64,000 bases of DNA, from the NCBI GenBank assembly GCA_025059945.1, contig JANXDC010000011.1, forward strand, positions 141,856 to 205,855. Reading direction: 5' to 3'. The position numbers and the translations under genes are program-made. How positions within the stretch are numbered: position 1 is the first letter of the stretch; each line of letters opens with the position of its first letter. The notes beneath the pieces were generated by a model. That model was not told the DNA's origin, made no database searches, and saw only the letters and a list, made by a program, of their open reading frames with translations. Shown in pieces: positions 48,209 through 59,886 of this stretch. Origin of the DNA: Bacteroidota bacterium. GTDB taxonomy: Bacteria; Bacteroidota; Rhodothermia; JANXDC01.

Positions 48209-51200
48209 ATGCTGAAGCTGCTCACCAAATTGTTGGGCTCCAAGCATGAGCGCGACATCAAAAAGCTCATGCCCCTTGTAGAGCAAATCAACCGGCATTA
48301 CGAGCGCTTGCAGGCGCTCTCGGATGAGGAACTGCGCGCTAAGACCGAGGAATTTAAGGCGCGCATCCGGCAGCGCGTAGCGGAGATCGAGTCCGAAAAA
48401 TCCCAGATCGAAGCCCGTCTGGCTCAGGACGGATCCGTGGGCTCCGATGGGCGACTTGTTGAACTTTCCCCCTCGGAGCGCGAAGCGCTCTATGCACAAC
48501 TGGATGAGCTGGAGAAAGCCTGGCTGGAGACGGTCGAGGAGACTCTAGATGAGCTCCTGCCCGAGGCCTATGCGGTCGTCAAGGAGGCCTGCCGGCGTCT
48601 GTTGGGCAGGCGATGGACCGTCACGGGGCATGAGATCACTTGGGACATGGTGCCTTTCGATGTGCAGCTCATCGGCGCCATCGTACTCCATCAAGGCAAG
48701 ATCGCGGAGATGAAAACCGGCGAGGGGAAAACCCTCGTGGCCATCATGCCCGCTTACTTGAACGCGCTGGCCGGCCGCGGGGTCCATATCGTGACGGTCA
48801 ACGATTATCTGGCCCGGCGCGATGCGGAGTGGATGGGCCCGATTTACGAGTTTCTGGGCCTTACGGTCGATTGCATCGATCGATACCCTCCCAACACCCC
48901 GCAGCGCCGCAAGGCCTATGAGGCCGATGTGACCTATGGCACCAACAACGAGTTCGGCTTCGATTACCTGCGCGACAATATGGCCCTGCGGCCCGACCAG
49001 ATCGTGCAGCGCGGCCATCATTACGCGATCATCGACGAGGTAGACTCGATCCTGATCGATGAGGCGCGCACCCCCTTGATCATATCGGGTCCGGTTCCGG
49101 TAAGCGACGAAAACAAGTTCATCGAACTCAAGCCCCGCGTCGAGCGACTCGTCTACGCCCAACAGCGCCTCGTAGCCCAATGCGTGGCCGACGCCAAACG
49201 GGCCCTGGATGCCGGGGACACCGAGCGGGCTGGTCTGCTGCTATTTCGGGCCCATCGGGGCTTCCCCCGCAACAAGCAGCTCATGAAGATGCGCACCGAG
49301 GACGGGGCCATCGAGCGGCTCATCCAGAAGACCGAGCTCTATTACCTGCAGGAGCAGGGCAAGAACATGCACATCGTCGATGAGGAGCTGTACTTCGTCA
49401 TCGACGAAAAACACAACACCATCGAACTCACCGAAAAGGGCCGCCAGCTCATCACCGAACAGGGCGAGGACCCGGAGTTCTTTGTCATCCCCGATTTGGG
49501 CACCGAAACGGCCAAGATCGAACAGGAATTTCAGGAGCAAAAGCGTCAGCTGGAGGAGCGCCTGCGCAACGATCCGGACCTCTCAGAGGAAAAGCGTAAG
49601 CGCAAATGGGAGCAGGAGCTCAGCCTGCTGCGCAAGGAGAAGGAGGAGCGGCTGCAGCGGCTCTATCAGCTCTACGCCGAACGAGCCGAGCGCATCCACG
49701 CTGTGGAGCAGCTCTTGCGCGCCTATACGCTCTTCGAGAAGGACGTCGAGTACATCGTGCAAGACGGCAAGGTGCTCATCGTCGACGAACACACGGGGCG
49801 CATCTTGCCGGGCCGACGCTACTCCGATGGCCTGCATCAGGCCATAGAGGCCAAAGAAAACGTCAAGGTGGAGGCCGCCACCCAGACCTACGCCACGATC
49901 ACGCTGCAGAATTACTTCCGCATGTACCACAAGCTAGCCGGCATGACGGGCACGGCCGAGACGGAGGCGGCCGAATTCTACGAGATCTACAAGCTCGACG
50001 TGGTCGTCATCCCCACGCATAAGCCCGTTATCCGAATAGACAAAGAGGACGTGGTCTTTCGGACCAAGCGCGAAAAGTACAACGCCATCATCGAGAAGAT
50101 CCGAGAGTATCATCAGCGCGGCCAGCCTGTGCTCGTGGGCACCACAAGCGTCGAGGTCTCCGAGACCTTGAGCCGGATGCTACAGCGCGCCGGCATTCCG
50201 CACAACGTGCTCAACGCCAAACACCATCAGCGGGAGGCCGAGATCATCGCGCAGGCCGGCCAGAGAGGGGCCGTCACGATCGCCACCAATATGGCCGGTC
50301 GGGGCACGGACATTAAGCTCGGGCCCGGCGTTCGCGAACTGGGCGGGCTGGCCATCGTCGGCTCGGAGCGGCATGAGTCCCGGCGCATTGACAACCAGCT
50401 GCGCGGCCGCGCCGGCCGCCAGGGAGATCCGGGGGAGAGCCAGTTCTTCGTCTCGCTCGAAGACGATCTGATGCGGCTTTTCGGCTCAGATCGCATCGCG
50501 GGTATCATGGAGCGCTTCGGCATGAAGGAGGGCGAGACGATTCAGCACCCGATGGTGACCAGGGCCATCGAGCGGGCTCAGAAGCGGGTCGAGCAAAATC
50601 ACTTCGCCATCCGCAAGCGGCAACTGGAGTTCGACGACGTACTCAACAAGCAGCGGCAAACGATTTATGAGCTGCGTCGCAATGCGCTCTTGGGCCGGCG
50701 TGTGCGCGCGGATCTGGAGCACATGCTGGAGGACTTTGTCCACAACCTGGTAGCGCGTTACTACCCGGATGGCGACCTAGATGGACTGCGGATGGCACTT
50801 GTGCGGCATCTGGCGTTGGATTTGGAGCTGGACCGGGAACAGTTCCTCAAACTCGGCGAGGAAGGGGTGGCCGAACGCGCTCTAGAGGCCGCCCGGAGCG
50901 CATACCGGCGTAAAGAGGAGATCCTCTCGGAAGACTTTTTCCGCTTTGTTCGGCAAATCTACGAGAGCCCGTTGGAGCAGAAACCCGAATACGCCTCGGT
51001 GCTCTTCACCGACGGAAGCCGGTTTGTATTCGCCAACATCCAGCTAGAGGAGGCCCTGCGCAGCCAGGGGCATGAGCTGCTGCGCGCCCTCGAGCGGGCC
51101 ACGCTGTTGAGCTTTATCGATGAGCGCTGGACCGAGCACCTGCGCGATCTGGATGAATTGCGGGAGGGGATCCATCTGCGGGCCTACGGGCAGAAGGATC

Positions 51201-51571
51201 CCCTACTGGAGTACAAAATGGACGCCTTTGACCTCTTCCGGCGCATGATGGAGCGCTTGGGGGAGGAGGTGATTTCCTTTATCTGGCGGGCCATGCCCGC
51301 CGCCGAGGGGCAGGCTCACCGTCCCGCCCCCGCCCGGCCGCGCATGGATCTGGAGCGCGCCCGGGCTACGCACGAGTCCCTGACAGGTCTGGCCGCGCTG
51401 GTGCAGCCCGGAGCCTCTGGAGTCGGCCGCACCCCCGAGCGGCCGCGGGCTGCGGCGCCCGGGGAGCGCCTGCAACCGGTGGTGGTGGGGGAAAAAATCG
51501 GCCGCAACGAACCCTGCCCCTGCGGAAGCGGGAAAAAATACAAGCACTGCCACGGTCGCTTTGAAGCCTGA
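48209..51571 (+). CDS. secA: Preprotein translocase subunit SecA
   Basis: [39 protein letters not shown] and C-terminal [18 protein letters not shown]; start at ATG 48209. Confidence 0.97.
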   Translation: MLKLLTKLLGSKHERDIKKLMPLVEQINRHYERLQALSDEELRAKTEEFKARIRQRVAEIESEKSQIEARLAQDGSVGSDGRLVELSPSEREALYAQLDELEKAWLETVEETLDELLPEAYAVVKEACRRLLGRRWTVTGHEITWDMVPFDVQLIGAIVLHQGKIAEMKTGEGKTLVAIMPAYLNALAGRGVHIVTVNDYLARRDAEWMGPIYEFLGLTVDCIDRYPPNTPQRRKAYEADVTYGTNNEFGFDYLRDNMALRPDQIVQRGHHYAIIDEVDSILIDEARTPLIISGPVPVSDENKFIELKPRVERLVYAQQRLVAQCVADAKRALDAGDTERAGLLLFRAHRGFPRNKQLMKMRTEDGAIERLIQKTELYYLQEQGKNMHIVDEELYFVIDEKHNTIELTEKGRQLITEQGEDPEFFVIPDLGTETAKIEQEFQEQKRQLEERLRNDPDLSEEKRKRKWEQELSLLRKEKEERLQRLYQLYAERAERIHAVEQLLRAYTLFEKDVEYIVQDGKVLIVDEHTGRILPGRRYSDGLHQAIEAKENVKVEAATQTYATITLQNYFRMYHKLAGMTGTAETEAAEFYEIYKLDVVVIPTHKPVIRIDKEDVVFRTKREKYNAIIEKIREYHQRGQPVLVGTTSVEVSETLSRMLQRAGIPHNVLNAKHHQREAEIIAQAGQRGAVTIATNMAGRGTDIKLGPGVRELGGLAIVGSERHESRRIDNQLRGRAGRQGDPGESQFFVSLEDDLMRLFGSDRIAGIMERFGMKEGETIQHPMVTRAIERAQKRVEQNHFAIRKRQLEFDDVLNKQRQTIYELRRNALLGRRVRADLEHMLEDFVHNLVARYYPDGDLDGLRMALVRHLALDLELDREQFLKLGEEGVAERALEAARSAYRRKEEILSEDFFRFVRQIYESPLEQKPEYASVLFTDGSRFVFANIQLEEALRSQGHELLRALERATLLSFIDERWTEHLRDLDELREGIHLRAYGQKDPLLEYKMDAFDLFRRMMERLGEEVISFIWRAMPAAEGQAHRPAPARPRMDLERARATHESLTGLAALVQPGASGVGRTPERPRAAAPGERLQPVVVGEKIGRNEPCPCGSGKKYKHCHGRFEA

Positions 51572-51585
51572 GCGCCGCCAAGACG

Positions 51586-53292
51586 ATGCTGCGGACGCTC
51601 TACATCCGGGATTACGCCCTGATAGAGGAATTGGACGTATCCTTCGGCCCCGGGCTCAACATCCTAACCGGAGAAACCGGGGCCGGCAAGTCCATCCTGA
51701 TCGGCGCCCTAAAGCTTCTGCTGGGCGATCGCGCAAGCCCGGATCGCATCCGCAAGGGCGCCTCTAAGGCCATCTTGGAGGCAACGCTGGATGTGCTCCC
51801 GGACGACGAACGCGTGCGCCGCTACCTGGCCGAGCAGGGCATCGAGGCGGAATCGACCCTTTGCCTGCGTCGGGAGATCAGCCCCAACCAAAGCCGAGCC
51901 TTCGTAAACGATACCCCCGTCACACTGCCCGTGCTGCGGGAGCTGGGCTCTTATCTGGTGGACCTGCATGGCCAACACGAACATCAATCGCTTCTGCGCG
52001 TAGAGCAGCATGGCTACCTGCTGGACAGCGTATCGGGCTTAGGCCCGCAGCTAGAGGCCTATCAGGAGCGCTATCGCCGCTACCAGGCCCTGCTGCGGCA
52101 ACGGCAGGCGCTGGAGGAGAGGGCCAAGCAGATGCGCGAGCGGCGCGAGCTGTACGCCTTCCAGGCTCAAGAGATCGACGCCGTAGCCCCCTCTGTGGAG
52201 GAGGAGGCGGCTCTGGAGGCCGAGCGCCGCCGGTTGGAGAACGCCGAGCGCCTGTATGCGAGCACAGCCCAGCTGCGGGCTTTGCTGAGCGAATCCGAGG
52301 GAGCGGTCCTGGGCCAGCTGGCCACCTCGGCTGAGGAGCTAGAGGAATTGGCCCGGATTGATGCGGCCTTTGCTCCGTGGTCGCGCGAGCTGCGCTCGGC
52401 TCTGGTAACCTTGGAGGAACTGGCCCGTTTTCTGTTGGACTACCAGGGCCGCATCGCCTTCGATCCGGAGCGCCTGGAGGCGATCCGAGGGCGTCTGGGC
52501 GCCTTTGAACGGCTAAAGCGCCGCTACGGAGGCGCTCTAGAGGCGGTGCTCCTCTACCGAGAGCGAATCGGACGCGAGCTGGAGGCCGCAGACCAGTACG
52601 AAGCCGAACGCGCCCGCCTGGAAGAGGCGCTCGGCGAGTGGGGCAAAAGCTTATCGGAGGCCGCCTGGGCCCTTTCGGAGGCCCGTCACAGGGCCGCCGG
52701 CGCAATAGAATCGGCCGTCGTGGCCGAGCTAGTGCAGCTCGGCATTCCGCATGCCCGCTTTGCGGTGCGCCTAGAGCGGGAGTCCGACCCGGAGGGTTGG
52801 GTGCAGGGCCCAGATGGGCGCCGTTACGCGGCTGGCCCCCGGGGCATAGACCGGGTGGAGTTCCTCATCAGCACCAATCCCGGTGAGGATCTCAAGGAGC
52901 TAGCGCGCATCGCCTCCGGGGGCGAGATCTCCCGGATTATGCTTGCCCTCAAACGCATCTTGGCCCGCAGCGAGCGCCTGCCGATTATGGTCTTCGATGA
53001 GATCGATACGGGCATTTCCGGTGCGATCGCGGCCAAGGTGGGCCGCAGCTTAAAGGAGCTAGCCCAATTTCATCAGGTGATCGCCATCACCCACCTGCCT
53101 CAAATCGCCTCTCAAGCCGATCTTCACTTCCTTGTGGAAAAGGTTCTGCATAAAGGCCGAGCCGTAACGCGGCTGCGGCTTCTGGAGGAATCCGAACGCC
53201 CATACGAGATCGCCCGTTTGCTCAGCGCAGACGCCGTGACGGAAAAGGCCCTCGAGAGCGCTCGAGAGCTTTTGCAGGCCGCCCGCTGTTGA
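51586..53292 (+). CDS. recN: DNA repair protein RecN
   Basis: TGETGAGKS, LHGQHEH, ASGGEISR, FDEIDTGISG and ITHLPQIA. Confidence 0.96.
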   Translation: MLRTLYIRDYALIEELDVSFGPGLNILTGETGAGKSILIGALKLLLGDRASPDRIRKGASKAILEATLDVLPDDERVRRYLAEQGIEAESTLCLRREISPNQSRAFVNDTPVTLPVLRELGSYLVDLHGQHEHQSLLRVEQHGYLLDSVSGLGPQLEAYQERYRRYQALLRQRQALEERAKQMRERRELYAFQAQEIDAVAPSVEEEAALEAERRRLENAERLYASTAQLRALLSESEGAVLGQLATSAEELEELARIDAAFAPWSRELRSALVTLEELARFLLDYQGRIAFDPERLEAIRGRLGAFERLKRRYGGALEAVLLYRERIGRELEAADQYEAERARLEEALGEWGKSLSEAAWALSEARHRAAGAIESAVVAELVQLGIPHARFAVRLERESDPEGWVQGPDGRRYAAGPRGIDRVEFLISTNPGEDLKELARIASGGEISRIMLALKRILARSERLPIMVFDEIDTGISGAIAAKVGRSLKELAQFHQVIAITHLPQIASQADLHFLVEKVLHKGRAVTRLRLLEESERPYEIARLLSADAVTEKALESARELLQAARC

Positions 53293-53331
53293 AAAAAGCC
53301 CCTTCCTAACAGGAAAGGAGCGTGTCGCCAT

Positions 53332-54804
53332 ATGAGTGCGCTTTACGTCTACAACACGCTCACGCGCCAAAAGGAGGCCTTCCAACCCTTGGACCCGGCG
53401 CTTGTGCGCGTCTACGTCTGCGGCCCAACCGTGTACGACCACGCCCATCTCGGGCATGCCAAAAGCTACGTGAGCTTCGACGTCATTCGGCGTTACCTCG
53501 GCTACCTGGGCTATCGGGTCCGATATGTGCAGAACATAACCGACGTAGGACACCTGATGGGCGATGCGGACGAAGGAGAGGACAAGCTTCTGCTGGCCGC
53601 CCGGCGCGAGAAACTGGAGCCTATGGAGGTCGCCGAAAAATACCTGCGCAGCTTCACCGAGGATATGGAGCGGCTGCGGGTTCGGCCCCCGGATATCCAG
53701 CCTCGCGCCAGCGGGCATATTCCGGAGCAGCTGGAGCTCATAGAGCGCCTGCTGGAGCGCGGCTACGCCTACGTGGTCAACGGATCCGTCTACTTTGATG
53801 TGAGCAAGGACCCCGATTACGGCAAGCTTTCGGGCCGGCGCATAGAAGAGCTCTTAGCCGGTTCTCGAGAGGGGCTTGAGGGGATGAGCGAAAAACGCCA
53901 TCCCGCCGACTTCGCCCTCTGGAAACGGGCTGAGCCCGGACATCTGCTGCGCTGGCGCAGCCCATGGGGGATTGGCTATCCGGGCTGGCATATTGAGTGC
54001 TCGGCCATGAGCATGCGATACCTGGGGCCCCAGTTTGACATCCACGGAGGGGGGCTGGAGAATCAGTTCCCGCATCACGAATGCGAGATCGCCCAAAGCG
54101 AATCGGCCACGAGCCTGGAGCCCTTTGTGCGCTACTGGTTGCACAACAACATGGTCACGGTGGGCGGTCAGAAGATGGGCAAATCTCTGGGCAACGCCAT
54201 CTACCTTAAGCAGCTCTTTAGCGGCGAGCACCCCCTTTTGGAGCAGGGCTACGATCCGCTGGTGGTGCGGTTTTTCATCCTGCAAAGCCACTATCGCAGC
54301 CCGCTTGATTTCTCCAACGAGGCCCTGCAGGCGGCCGAGCGGGGCTGGGGGAACCTCGCCGATGCCGTGCGCCTGCTCGAGGAGGCATCCTCGGGCGAGG
54401 GTTCGCCCTTGGATGCCGAGGTCTACCGGCTGCGCCTGGAGGCGGCCATGAACGAGGACTTCAATACGGCGCAGGCCCTGGCCGTGCTCTTTGAGCTGCT
54501 CAAGGAGACGCGGGCGCGCCTGCTGGCCGGACAGGCACCGGCCAACCTGGAGCAGGTGCGCCTGCTTGTACGCACTTGGCTGGATGAAGTCCTGGGCCTA
54601 TGGCCTCCCCTGGAGTTGCGGACACCGGCCGAGCCACAGCTACGGGCCCTTCTGGAGCTTGTGCTCGAGCTGCGCCAGCGGGCTCGAGCGGAACGCCGCT
54701 GGGAGCTCGCCGATGCGATCCGAGACCGGCTGGCCCAGATCGGCATCGAAGTGCAAGATACCCCCCAAGGGCCGGCTTGGCGCTTTCGGCCCCGGCCAAG
54801 CTAG
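53332..54804 (+). CDS. cysS: Cysteine--tRNA ligase
   Basis: [34 protein letters not shown] and KMGKS. Confidence 0.97.
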   Translation: MSALYVYNTLTRQKEAFQPLDPALVRVYVCGPTVYDHAHLGHAKSYVSFDVIRRYLGYLGYRVRYVQNITDVGHLMGDADEGEDKLLLAARREKLEPMEVAEKYLRSFTEDMERLRVRPPDIQPRASGHIPEQLELIERLLERGYAYVVNGSVYFDVSKDPDYGKLSGRRIEELLAGSREGLEGMSEKRHPADFALWKRAEPGHLLRWRSPWGIGYPGWHIECSAMSMRYLGPQFDIHGGGLENQFPHHECEIAQSESATSLEPFVRYWLHNNMVTVGGQKMGKSLGNAIYLKQLFSGEHPLLEQGYDPLVVRFFILQSHYRSPLDFSNEALQAAERGWGNLADAVRLLEEASSGEGSPLDAEVYRLRLEAAMNEDFNTAQALAVLFELLKETRARLLAGQAPANLEQVRLLVRTWLDEVLGLWPPLELRTPAEPQLRALLELVLELRQRARAERRWELADAIRDRLAQIGIEVQDTPQGPAWRFRPRPS

Positions 54805-54873
54805 GGATCTCGTTGCGCAAAAGCCCGCTTGGGCCTACCTTATGTTGTTTCGGATACAAGGGGTCGCCTGAGG

Positions 54874-55932
54874 GTGCATCCGTCAGCCTGGTTGCGCAGG
54901 CAGCGCCTGTCCCGACGGCATCTGTTTACGCCGCTTCTTTTGAGCTTGGGCGTGCTCGTTGGGATCGCCATTGGCCTTGGCGAGCCAAGCCCGTGGCATC
55001 TGCTGCGGGGCGCTTTTGACGGACGCTGGCTCGCCGTGGCGCTGTTGTTGCTGGGAGCCTCTCTGGGGCTGCGCACCCTACGGCTGCGCTGGCTTGCCGC
55101 CGGGCGGCTCTCATGGCGCGCGGCTTGGCGGGTGCAGCTTTGGTGGGAGTTTGCGGGCACCGTTACGCCCTCCAGCATCGGTGGGGCCCCGGCGGCTGTA
55201 TACTTTATGTGCCGCGAGCGCATGCGCGCGGGAGTGGCCTCCTCTGTGGCGCTTCTGGCCGTGCTCTTCGATCAACTGTGGCTGGCCACGCTCGTCTTCG
55301 CTCTTTGCGTAAGCGCCTGGTATGTGCCGCTTTTCCCGCTGGGGGGGGCGCTTAAAGGAGGAGCTGTCCTGTTGCTAGCCCTGCCGCTCGGATGGACCGG
55401 CTTGTTGGGCTATCTGGTGCTGCGTCCGGATTGGATTCCACGCATCGGGCAGCGTATCTGTCGGCTTGGGCTTTTTAGACGCTATCAGGAGCTTGTGCAG
55501 CGGGAGCTGCAGGAGCTTGTGGTGCGCTCCCGGGAGTTTCGTAGGCGGCCTCTGGGGTTTTTCTTCAAAGGGTACGCGCTCACGCTACTGGTCTGGTTGA
55601 CCCGCATGGGGGTGTTGTTGGCCGTGGTGGCCAGCCTGGTGCCCTCCGCGGACTGGCTGCTTCTGTTTTTGCGTCAAGCTCTGTTGCTGCTAGGAGGCCT
55701 TCTCATTCCCACCCCAGGGGGCAGTGGAGGCGTGGAGGGGCTCTTCATGCTGCTCGTAGCGCCCCTGCTACCCCGTGCTTTTCGTGTGCCCATACTAGGA
55801 CTGTGGCGTCTGCTGACGTATCATCTCCTCGTTCTAAGCGGCCTGGGTCTGCTGGCGCGTCAGGTGCGCAAGGGCCGCACAGCTTGCAGACGCGCCATGG
55901 CGCCGCTGACCCCGCAGGTGGAGTATTCGTAG
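54874..55932 (+). CDS. Lysylphosphatidylglycerol synthase TM-domain (flippase-like) membrane protein
   Basis: VTPSSIGGAP, PTPGGSGGVEG and LWRLLTYH motifs; start uncertain. Confidence 0.8.
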   Translation: MHPSAWLRRQRLSRRHLFTPLLLSLGVLVGIAIGLGEPSPWHLLRGAFDGRWLAVALLLLGASLGLRTLRLRWLAAGRLSWRAAWRVQLWWEFAGTVTPSSIGGAPAAVYFMCRERMRAGVASSVALLAVLFDQLWLATLVFALCVSAWYVPLFPLGGALKGGAVLLLALPLGWTGLLGYLVLRPDWIPRIGQRICRLGLFRRYQELVQRELQELVVRSREFRRRPLGFFFKGYALTLLVWLTRMGVLLAVVASLVPSADWLLLFLRQALLLLGGLLIPTPGGSGGVEGLFMLLVAPLLPRAFRVPILGLWRLLTYHLLVLSGLGLLARQVRKGRTACRRAMAPLTPQVEYS

Positions 55933-55997
55933 CCCCCTTAGCCGTAACATCGCTTCTGGCTCCCAGATCTTACCTGCGAAGAGCAGGGCAAGGTCTT

Positions 55998-56717
55998 ATG
56001 CGGCTGCTATGGCGCGCCCTAAGGCATTGGGTTTTTCCGGACCTTTGCCTGGCCTGCGGAGAGCGACTCAGAGCTGAGGAGGTGCGCATATGCCGTCTTT
56101 GTCTGGCCACCTGGCCCCGGGCCGACCTGGAGCGGGTGGGGCTTCCGGGGCCCTGGCGGGCGCGGGCTCTGGATTGGGTCACGGCCGTGTGGGTATATGA
56201 TGCGCAGGATCGGGTGCAGCGGGCGGTGTATGCGCTCAAGTACCGAGGGTTTTCTCGACTCGCCTGGGAGTTAGGGCCCATACTAGCAGAGCAGGTCCGC
56301 GAACGCGCTCAAGAAGTCGGCCTAAGGGCTTTGGTGCCCGTCCCGCTTCATCGCCGGCGGCTGCGAGAGCGCGGCTATAACCAGAGCGAACGCCTAGCCG
56401 AGGCCGTGGGGGCCGTCTTGGGGCTTCCGGTCTGGAACGCGCTGGAACGTCTTCGTCCCACGCGCTCCCAGACCGGACTTGGTCCCTCGGAGCGCCTGCA
56501 AAACGTTCAAGGGGCCTTCCGGGTCCGAAATGGGGAGGACCTGCGCGGTTTGAGGCTATTGCTTGTCGACGATGTGCTGACCACGGGGGCCACGCTTGCC
56601 GCCTGTGCGCAGGCGCTCCGGATGGCCGGAGCCGATTGGGTGGGCGGGCTCGCGTTGGCCACCGTGCCGAGCAACGTCGCTCGTTCCCTCTCGCCTGAAG
56701 CCCATAGGACCAAGTAA
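55998..56717 (+). CDS. comF: ComF family protein (phosphoribosyltransferase-like)
   Basis: CLAC..CRLC, LKY, PVPLH..RGYNQS and LVDDVLTTGAT. Confidence 0.9.
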   Translation: MRLLWRALRHWVFPDLCLACGERLRAEEVRICRLCLATWPRADLERVGLPGPWRARALDWVTAVWVYDAQDRVQRAVYALKYRGFSRLAWELGPILAEQVRERAQEVGLRALVPVPLHRRRLRERGYNQSERLAEAVGAVLGLPVWNALERLRPTRSQTGLGPSERLQNVQGAFRVRNGEDLRGLRLLLVDDVLTTGATLAACAQALRMAGADWVGGLALATVPSNVARSLSPEAHRTK

Positions 56718-56748
56718 CTTTGTCCGGTTCAAGCTATACTAAAGACAC

Positions 56749-57885
56749 GTGTCGCGGCATTTTTCTGCGCGTTCGATTCGGCCGGAGGCCCAGCGTCTGT
56801 TTAGACGCGCTCAACGGCTGCATGAACAGAGCCGATTTTGGGAGGCGGCTCGCCTATACATACAGGCTGCTAGTCGAGCCCAATCCCAGCCCGATCTGCG
56901 CGCCCGGGCTTATCTCGGGGCCGCGCATGCGCTGCGTCTGGTGGGCCGCTTCCGTCAAGCCCTAGGCTGTTACACCAGGGCGCAGGGGATCGCCTCGGTC
57001 GCCGCTCAAGAGGACCTAGCTGTGGATGCGCTTGTAGGGGGCGCCATGGCTCTGCGGGCTCTGGGACGCCTTGAGGAGGCGCATGCGCAATTTTCCGCTG
57101 CGCTGGCCTTTTATCAGGGTCACCGGGACGAGGAGGGTCGGGCCTACGTCTTGTGGGGGCTCGGGGGTCTGTTGCGGCTTAAAGGAGACTTTCTTGCGGC
57201 TCAAGCGCATCTAGAGGAGGCCTTGGAAATTTGCACGCGCACCGGTCAGCCCGAGGCCGAAGCGTACGTCCGATGCGCTCTGGGGGGGCTAAGCCGCATG
57301 CGGGGCGCCTACGAGGCCTCCTTGGAACAGTACGAAAGGGCCGATGGGCTTATGCGCCGGAATGGAGACCTCTTCGGTCAGGCCTACGCGGCCTGCGGGG
57401 TGGCCAATGCGCACCGGATGCTAGCCCACTGGGATGAGGCGCTTCGGTGTTTTGCGCGAGCTCAAGAGCTGTACCGCCAAATCGGAGACCGCGTCAGCTA
57501 CGCCTACACCCTCTGGGGGGAGGGCACGCTCTGGAAGGTGCGGGGGGAGCTCGATGCGGCTCGGTGGCGTTTTCGCGAGGCGACCGCCCTTTTTCGGGCT
57601 ACGCAAGATAACCGGGGGCTGGCCTACGCGTATCTGGGACTAGCGGAGCTGGCCCTTCTGGAGGGTCGCGCGCTGGGGCGCGCACGTCGATACGTGCAGG
57701 CGGCTTGGGACCGAGCTAACCGACACGGATACCGCTTTGAGCGCCTGCACGCCGAGCTGCTGACTCTGTGCCTAGAGGGTGAACGTTCCCAAGAGGTCGA
57801 AGGGCGCCTACGCGCCGCCTATCGGGCTTGTGGCTCGGGATGGTTGGAAAATCAGGAGCTTGCTCTGCCGCTCAACATCCCATAA
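56749..57885 (+). CDS. Tetratricopeptide repeat protein
   Basis: Successive ~40-aa AY..WGLG/CALG/CGVA repeats with GD..G linkers; no other domain seen. Confidence 0.85.
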   Translation: MSRHFSARSIRPEAQRLFRRAQRLHEQSRFWEAARLYIQAASRAQSQPDLRARAYLGAAHALRLVGRFRQALGCYTRAQGIASVAAQEDLAVDALVGGAMALRALGRLEEAHAQFSAALAFYQGHRDEEGRAYVLWGLGGLLRLKGDFLAAQAHLEEALEICTRTGQPEAEAYVRCALGGLSRMRGAYEASLEQYERADGLMRRNGDLFGQAYAACGVANAHRMLAHWDEALRCFARAQELYRQIGDRVSYAYTLWGEGTLWKVRGELDAARWRFREATALFRATQDNRGLAYAYLGLAELALLEGRALGRARRYVQAAWDRANRHGYRFERLHAELLTLCLEGERSQEVEGRLRAAYRACGSGWLENQELALPLNIP

Positions 57886-57902
57886 AGCCGGCCGAAACGT
57901 CC

Positions 57903-57932
57903 TTGACAAGCTAAAAAGGAGGCGGTTAACTT
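57903..57932 (+). promoter_or_regulatory. Promoter of the tRNA-secE-nusG cluster
   Basis: TTGACA(57903-57908) with TAACTT(57927-57932) upstream of the tRNA cluster. Confidence 0.6.
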
Positions 57933-58012
57933 TGTCGACGCGCTTGTATGCGCTTGATCCGATAAGCGCAACGCGCTGTAACGTCACGCCCCTGACGTGT
58001 TCTATCTAAGAG

Positions 58013-58085
58013 GCTGGCGTAGCTCAACAGGTAGAGCGGCTGACTTGTAATCAGCAGGGTGAGGGTTCGAGTCCCTTCGCCAGCT
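58013..58085 (+). tRNA. tRNA-Thr(TGT)
   Basis: GCTGGCG/CGCCAGC acceptor stem, GCTGA-CTTGTAA-TCAGC anticodon arm, GTTCGA T-loop. Confidence 0.95.
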
Positions 58086-58109
58086 CCGTCTGGTGGGCTT
58101 ATGGTGAAC

Positions 58110-58193
58110 GGGCAGGTACCGAAGCGGCCAAACGGGGCAGACTGTAAATCTGCTGGCTTCATGCCTTCGGAGGTTCGAATCCTCCCCTGCCCA
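58110..58193 (+). tRNA. tRNA-Tyr(GTA)
   Basis: GGGCAGG/CCTGCCC, GCAGA-CTGTAAA-TCTGC and a long variable arm. Confidence 0.95.
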
Positions 58194-58202
58194 CAGGGCT
58201 AA

Positions 58203-58275
58203 GCGGGTGTAGCTCAGTTGGTAGAGCGCGAGCCTTCCAAGCTCGTGGTCGCGGGTTCGAATCCCGTCGCCCGCT
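58203..58275 (+). tRNA. tRNA-Gly(TCC)
   Basis: GCGGGTG/CGCCCGC and CGAGC-CTTCCAA-GCTCG. Confidence 0.95.
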
Positions 58276-58287
58276 CCCCAGAAACGA

Positions 58288-58360
58288 GCCAACGTAGCTC
58301 AGTCGGCAGAGCACTTCCATGGTAAGGAAGGGGTCGCCGGTTCGAATCCGGCCGTTGGCT
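58288..58360 (+). tRNA. tRNA-Thr(GGT)
   Basis: GCCAACG/CGTTGGC and CTTCC-ATGGTAA-GGAAG. Confidence 0.95.
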
Positions 58361-58368
58361 CTAGCCCT

Positions 58369-58441
<73 letters not shown>

Positions 58442-58450
58442 CCGGCGTGG

Positions 58451-58524
58451 GGCGACGTGGCCGAGCGGTCAGGCAGAGGTCTGCAAAACCTCCTACGGCG
58501 GTTCGAATCCGCCCGTCGCCTCCA
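58451..58524 (+). tRNA. tRNA-Cys(GCA)
   Basis: GGCGACG/CGTCGCC, GAGGT-CTGCAAA-ACCTC, U discriminator and encoded CCA. Confidence 0.95.
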
Positions 58525-58567
58525 GGAGCAGCACTTCGCGCCCCACGACGCGAAAGGAGTCCGATCC

Positions 58568-58750
58568 ATGCAGAAAATCCGCCAGTTCTTCGAGGACGTC
58601 GTTCGGGAAATGAGCAAGGTCAATTGGCCCTCGCAGCAGGAGCTGCGAGACAACACCGTCGTGGTGCTCATCTTCTCCCTGCTGTTGAGCCTGTTTATTT
58701 TCGTCTCCGATGAGTTGTTCACGCTTGGCCTAGAGGCCATTCTGAAATAA
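58568..58750 (+). CDS. secE: Preprotein translocase subunit SecE
   Basis: EMSKVNWPSQQEL plus one TM; AAGGAG RBS; start at ATG 58568. Confidence 0.93.
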   Translation: MQKIRQFFEDVVREMSKVNWPSQQELRDNTVVVLIFSLLLSLFIFVSDELFTLGLEAILK

Positions 58751-58764
58751 GGGTTTGTCTGGAG

Positions 58765-59322
58765 ATGGCTGCGACGACGGAAGGGCTGCGCAAGTGGTAT
58801 GTGGTCAAGACCCGCACGGGTCAGGAGAGGAAGTTCGTCGCCTACATGGAGCACGAGCTGCGCCGTTCTAGGAGTCTGCAGGAGAAGGTGGGGCAGATAC
58901 TGGTGCCGGCGGAAACCGTAGTGGAAGTGCGGGGGGGCAAAAAGCGTATGCGCGAGCGCACCTTTTTCCCCAGTTACGTACTTCTGGAGGCGGTTTTGGA
59001 TAATGAAGTGAAGCACGTGGTGTTGAGCTCCAGCGCCGTTTTAGGATTTTTGTCCACAGGCAAAGAACCTACCCCCTTGCGGCCCGAGGAGGTGAATCGC
59101 ATCCTGGGGCGTGTCGACGAGGCCCGTCAGGGAGGAGTCGTAGAGGTCCCGTTTCGGCCCGGGGAGTGGGTTCGCATCACGAGCGGTCCCTTCCAGGATT
59201 TTGAGGGCACCGTGGAAGAGGTTAACCCCGAAAAGATGAAAGTCAAGGTCATGGTCTCCATATTCGGCCGTAAAACCCCGGTCGAGGTGGATTTCTCCCA
59301 GGTGCGCGCGCAAGACGAGTGA
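58765..59322 (+). CDS. nusG: Transcription termination/antitermination factor NusG
   Basis: WYVV, FFPSYV and KOW GPFQDFEG..SIFGRKTPVE. Confidence 0.96.
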   Translation: MAATTEGLRKWYVVKTRTGQERKFVAYMEHELRRSRSLQEKVGQILVPAETVVEVRGGKKRMRERTFFPSYVLLEAVLDNEVKHVVLSSSAVLGFLSTGKEPTPLRPEEVNRILGRVDEARQGGVVEVPFRPGEWVRITSGPFQDFEGTVEEVNPEKMKVKVMVSIFGRKTPVEVDFSQVRAQDE

Positions 59323-59454
59323 ACGCAACCGTGCCCGTCTCCTATGTCTTCCGGGCGCTGTTCCTTCAGGTCCTCTCAGGGCAGCCGGAAGAGGGCTTCT
59401 CGTAGGCAGACGGCGCGTGTCCATAGATCCTCGAACCGATAAGCGGTAGACGTC

Positions 59455-59880
59455 ATGGCTAAGAAAGTCGTCGGATACGTCAAACTGCAGATCCCGGCGG
59501 GGCAGGCCACGCCGGCTCCGCCCGTGGGTCCGGCCCTGGGTCAGCGCGGCGTGAACATCATGGAGTTCTGCAAGCAATTCAACGCGCGCACTCAGGACAA
59601 GATGGGGCTGATCGTCCCCGTCGTGATCACCGTCTACGCGGACAAGTCGTTTAGTTTCGTCGTCAAGACCCCTCCGGCGCCGGTGCTGCTGAAGCGGGCC
59701 GCGGGCATCGAGAAGGGCTCCGCAGAGCCCAACCGCACCAAGGTGGGCACGGTCACCTGGAAGCAGATCCGGGAGATCGCGGAGATGAAGATGCCCGATT
59801 TGAACACGGACTCCCTGGAGGCCGCCATGCGCATGATCGCCGGCACAGCCCGGAGCATGGGCATCACGGTCGTAGAGTGA
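59455..59880 (+). CDS. rplK: 50S ribosomal protein L11
   Basis: [23 protein letters not shown] and GTARSMG. Confidence 0.98.
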   Translation: MAKKVVGYVKLQIPAGQATPAPPVGPALGQRGVNIMEFCKQFNARTQDKMGLIVPVVITVYADKSFSFVVKTPPAPVLLKRAAGIEKGSAEPNRTKVGTVTWKQIREIAEMKMPDLNTDSLEAAMRMIAGTARSMGITVVE

Positions 59881-59886
59881 GCCTAG

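Noticed and set aside
48209..51571. Unusually long SecA (possible intein)
   Set aside because: The extra segments are charged helical insertions with no intein terminal motifs; long SecA is typical of this lineage.
56749..57885. Second TPR protein as another peptide receptor
   Set aside because: No HTH and no adjacent small secreted ORF were seen.
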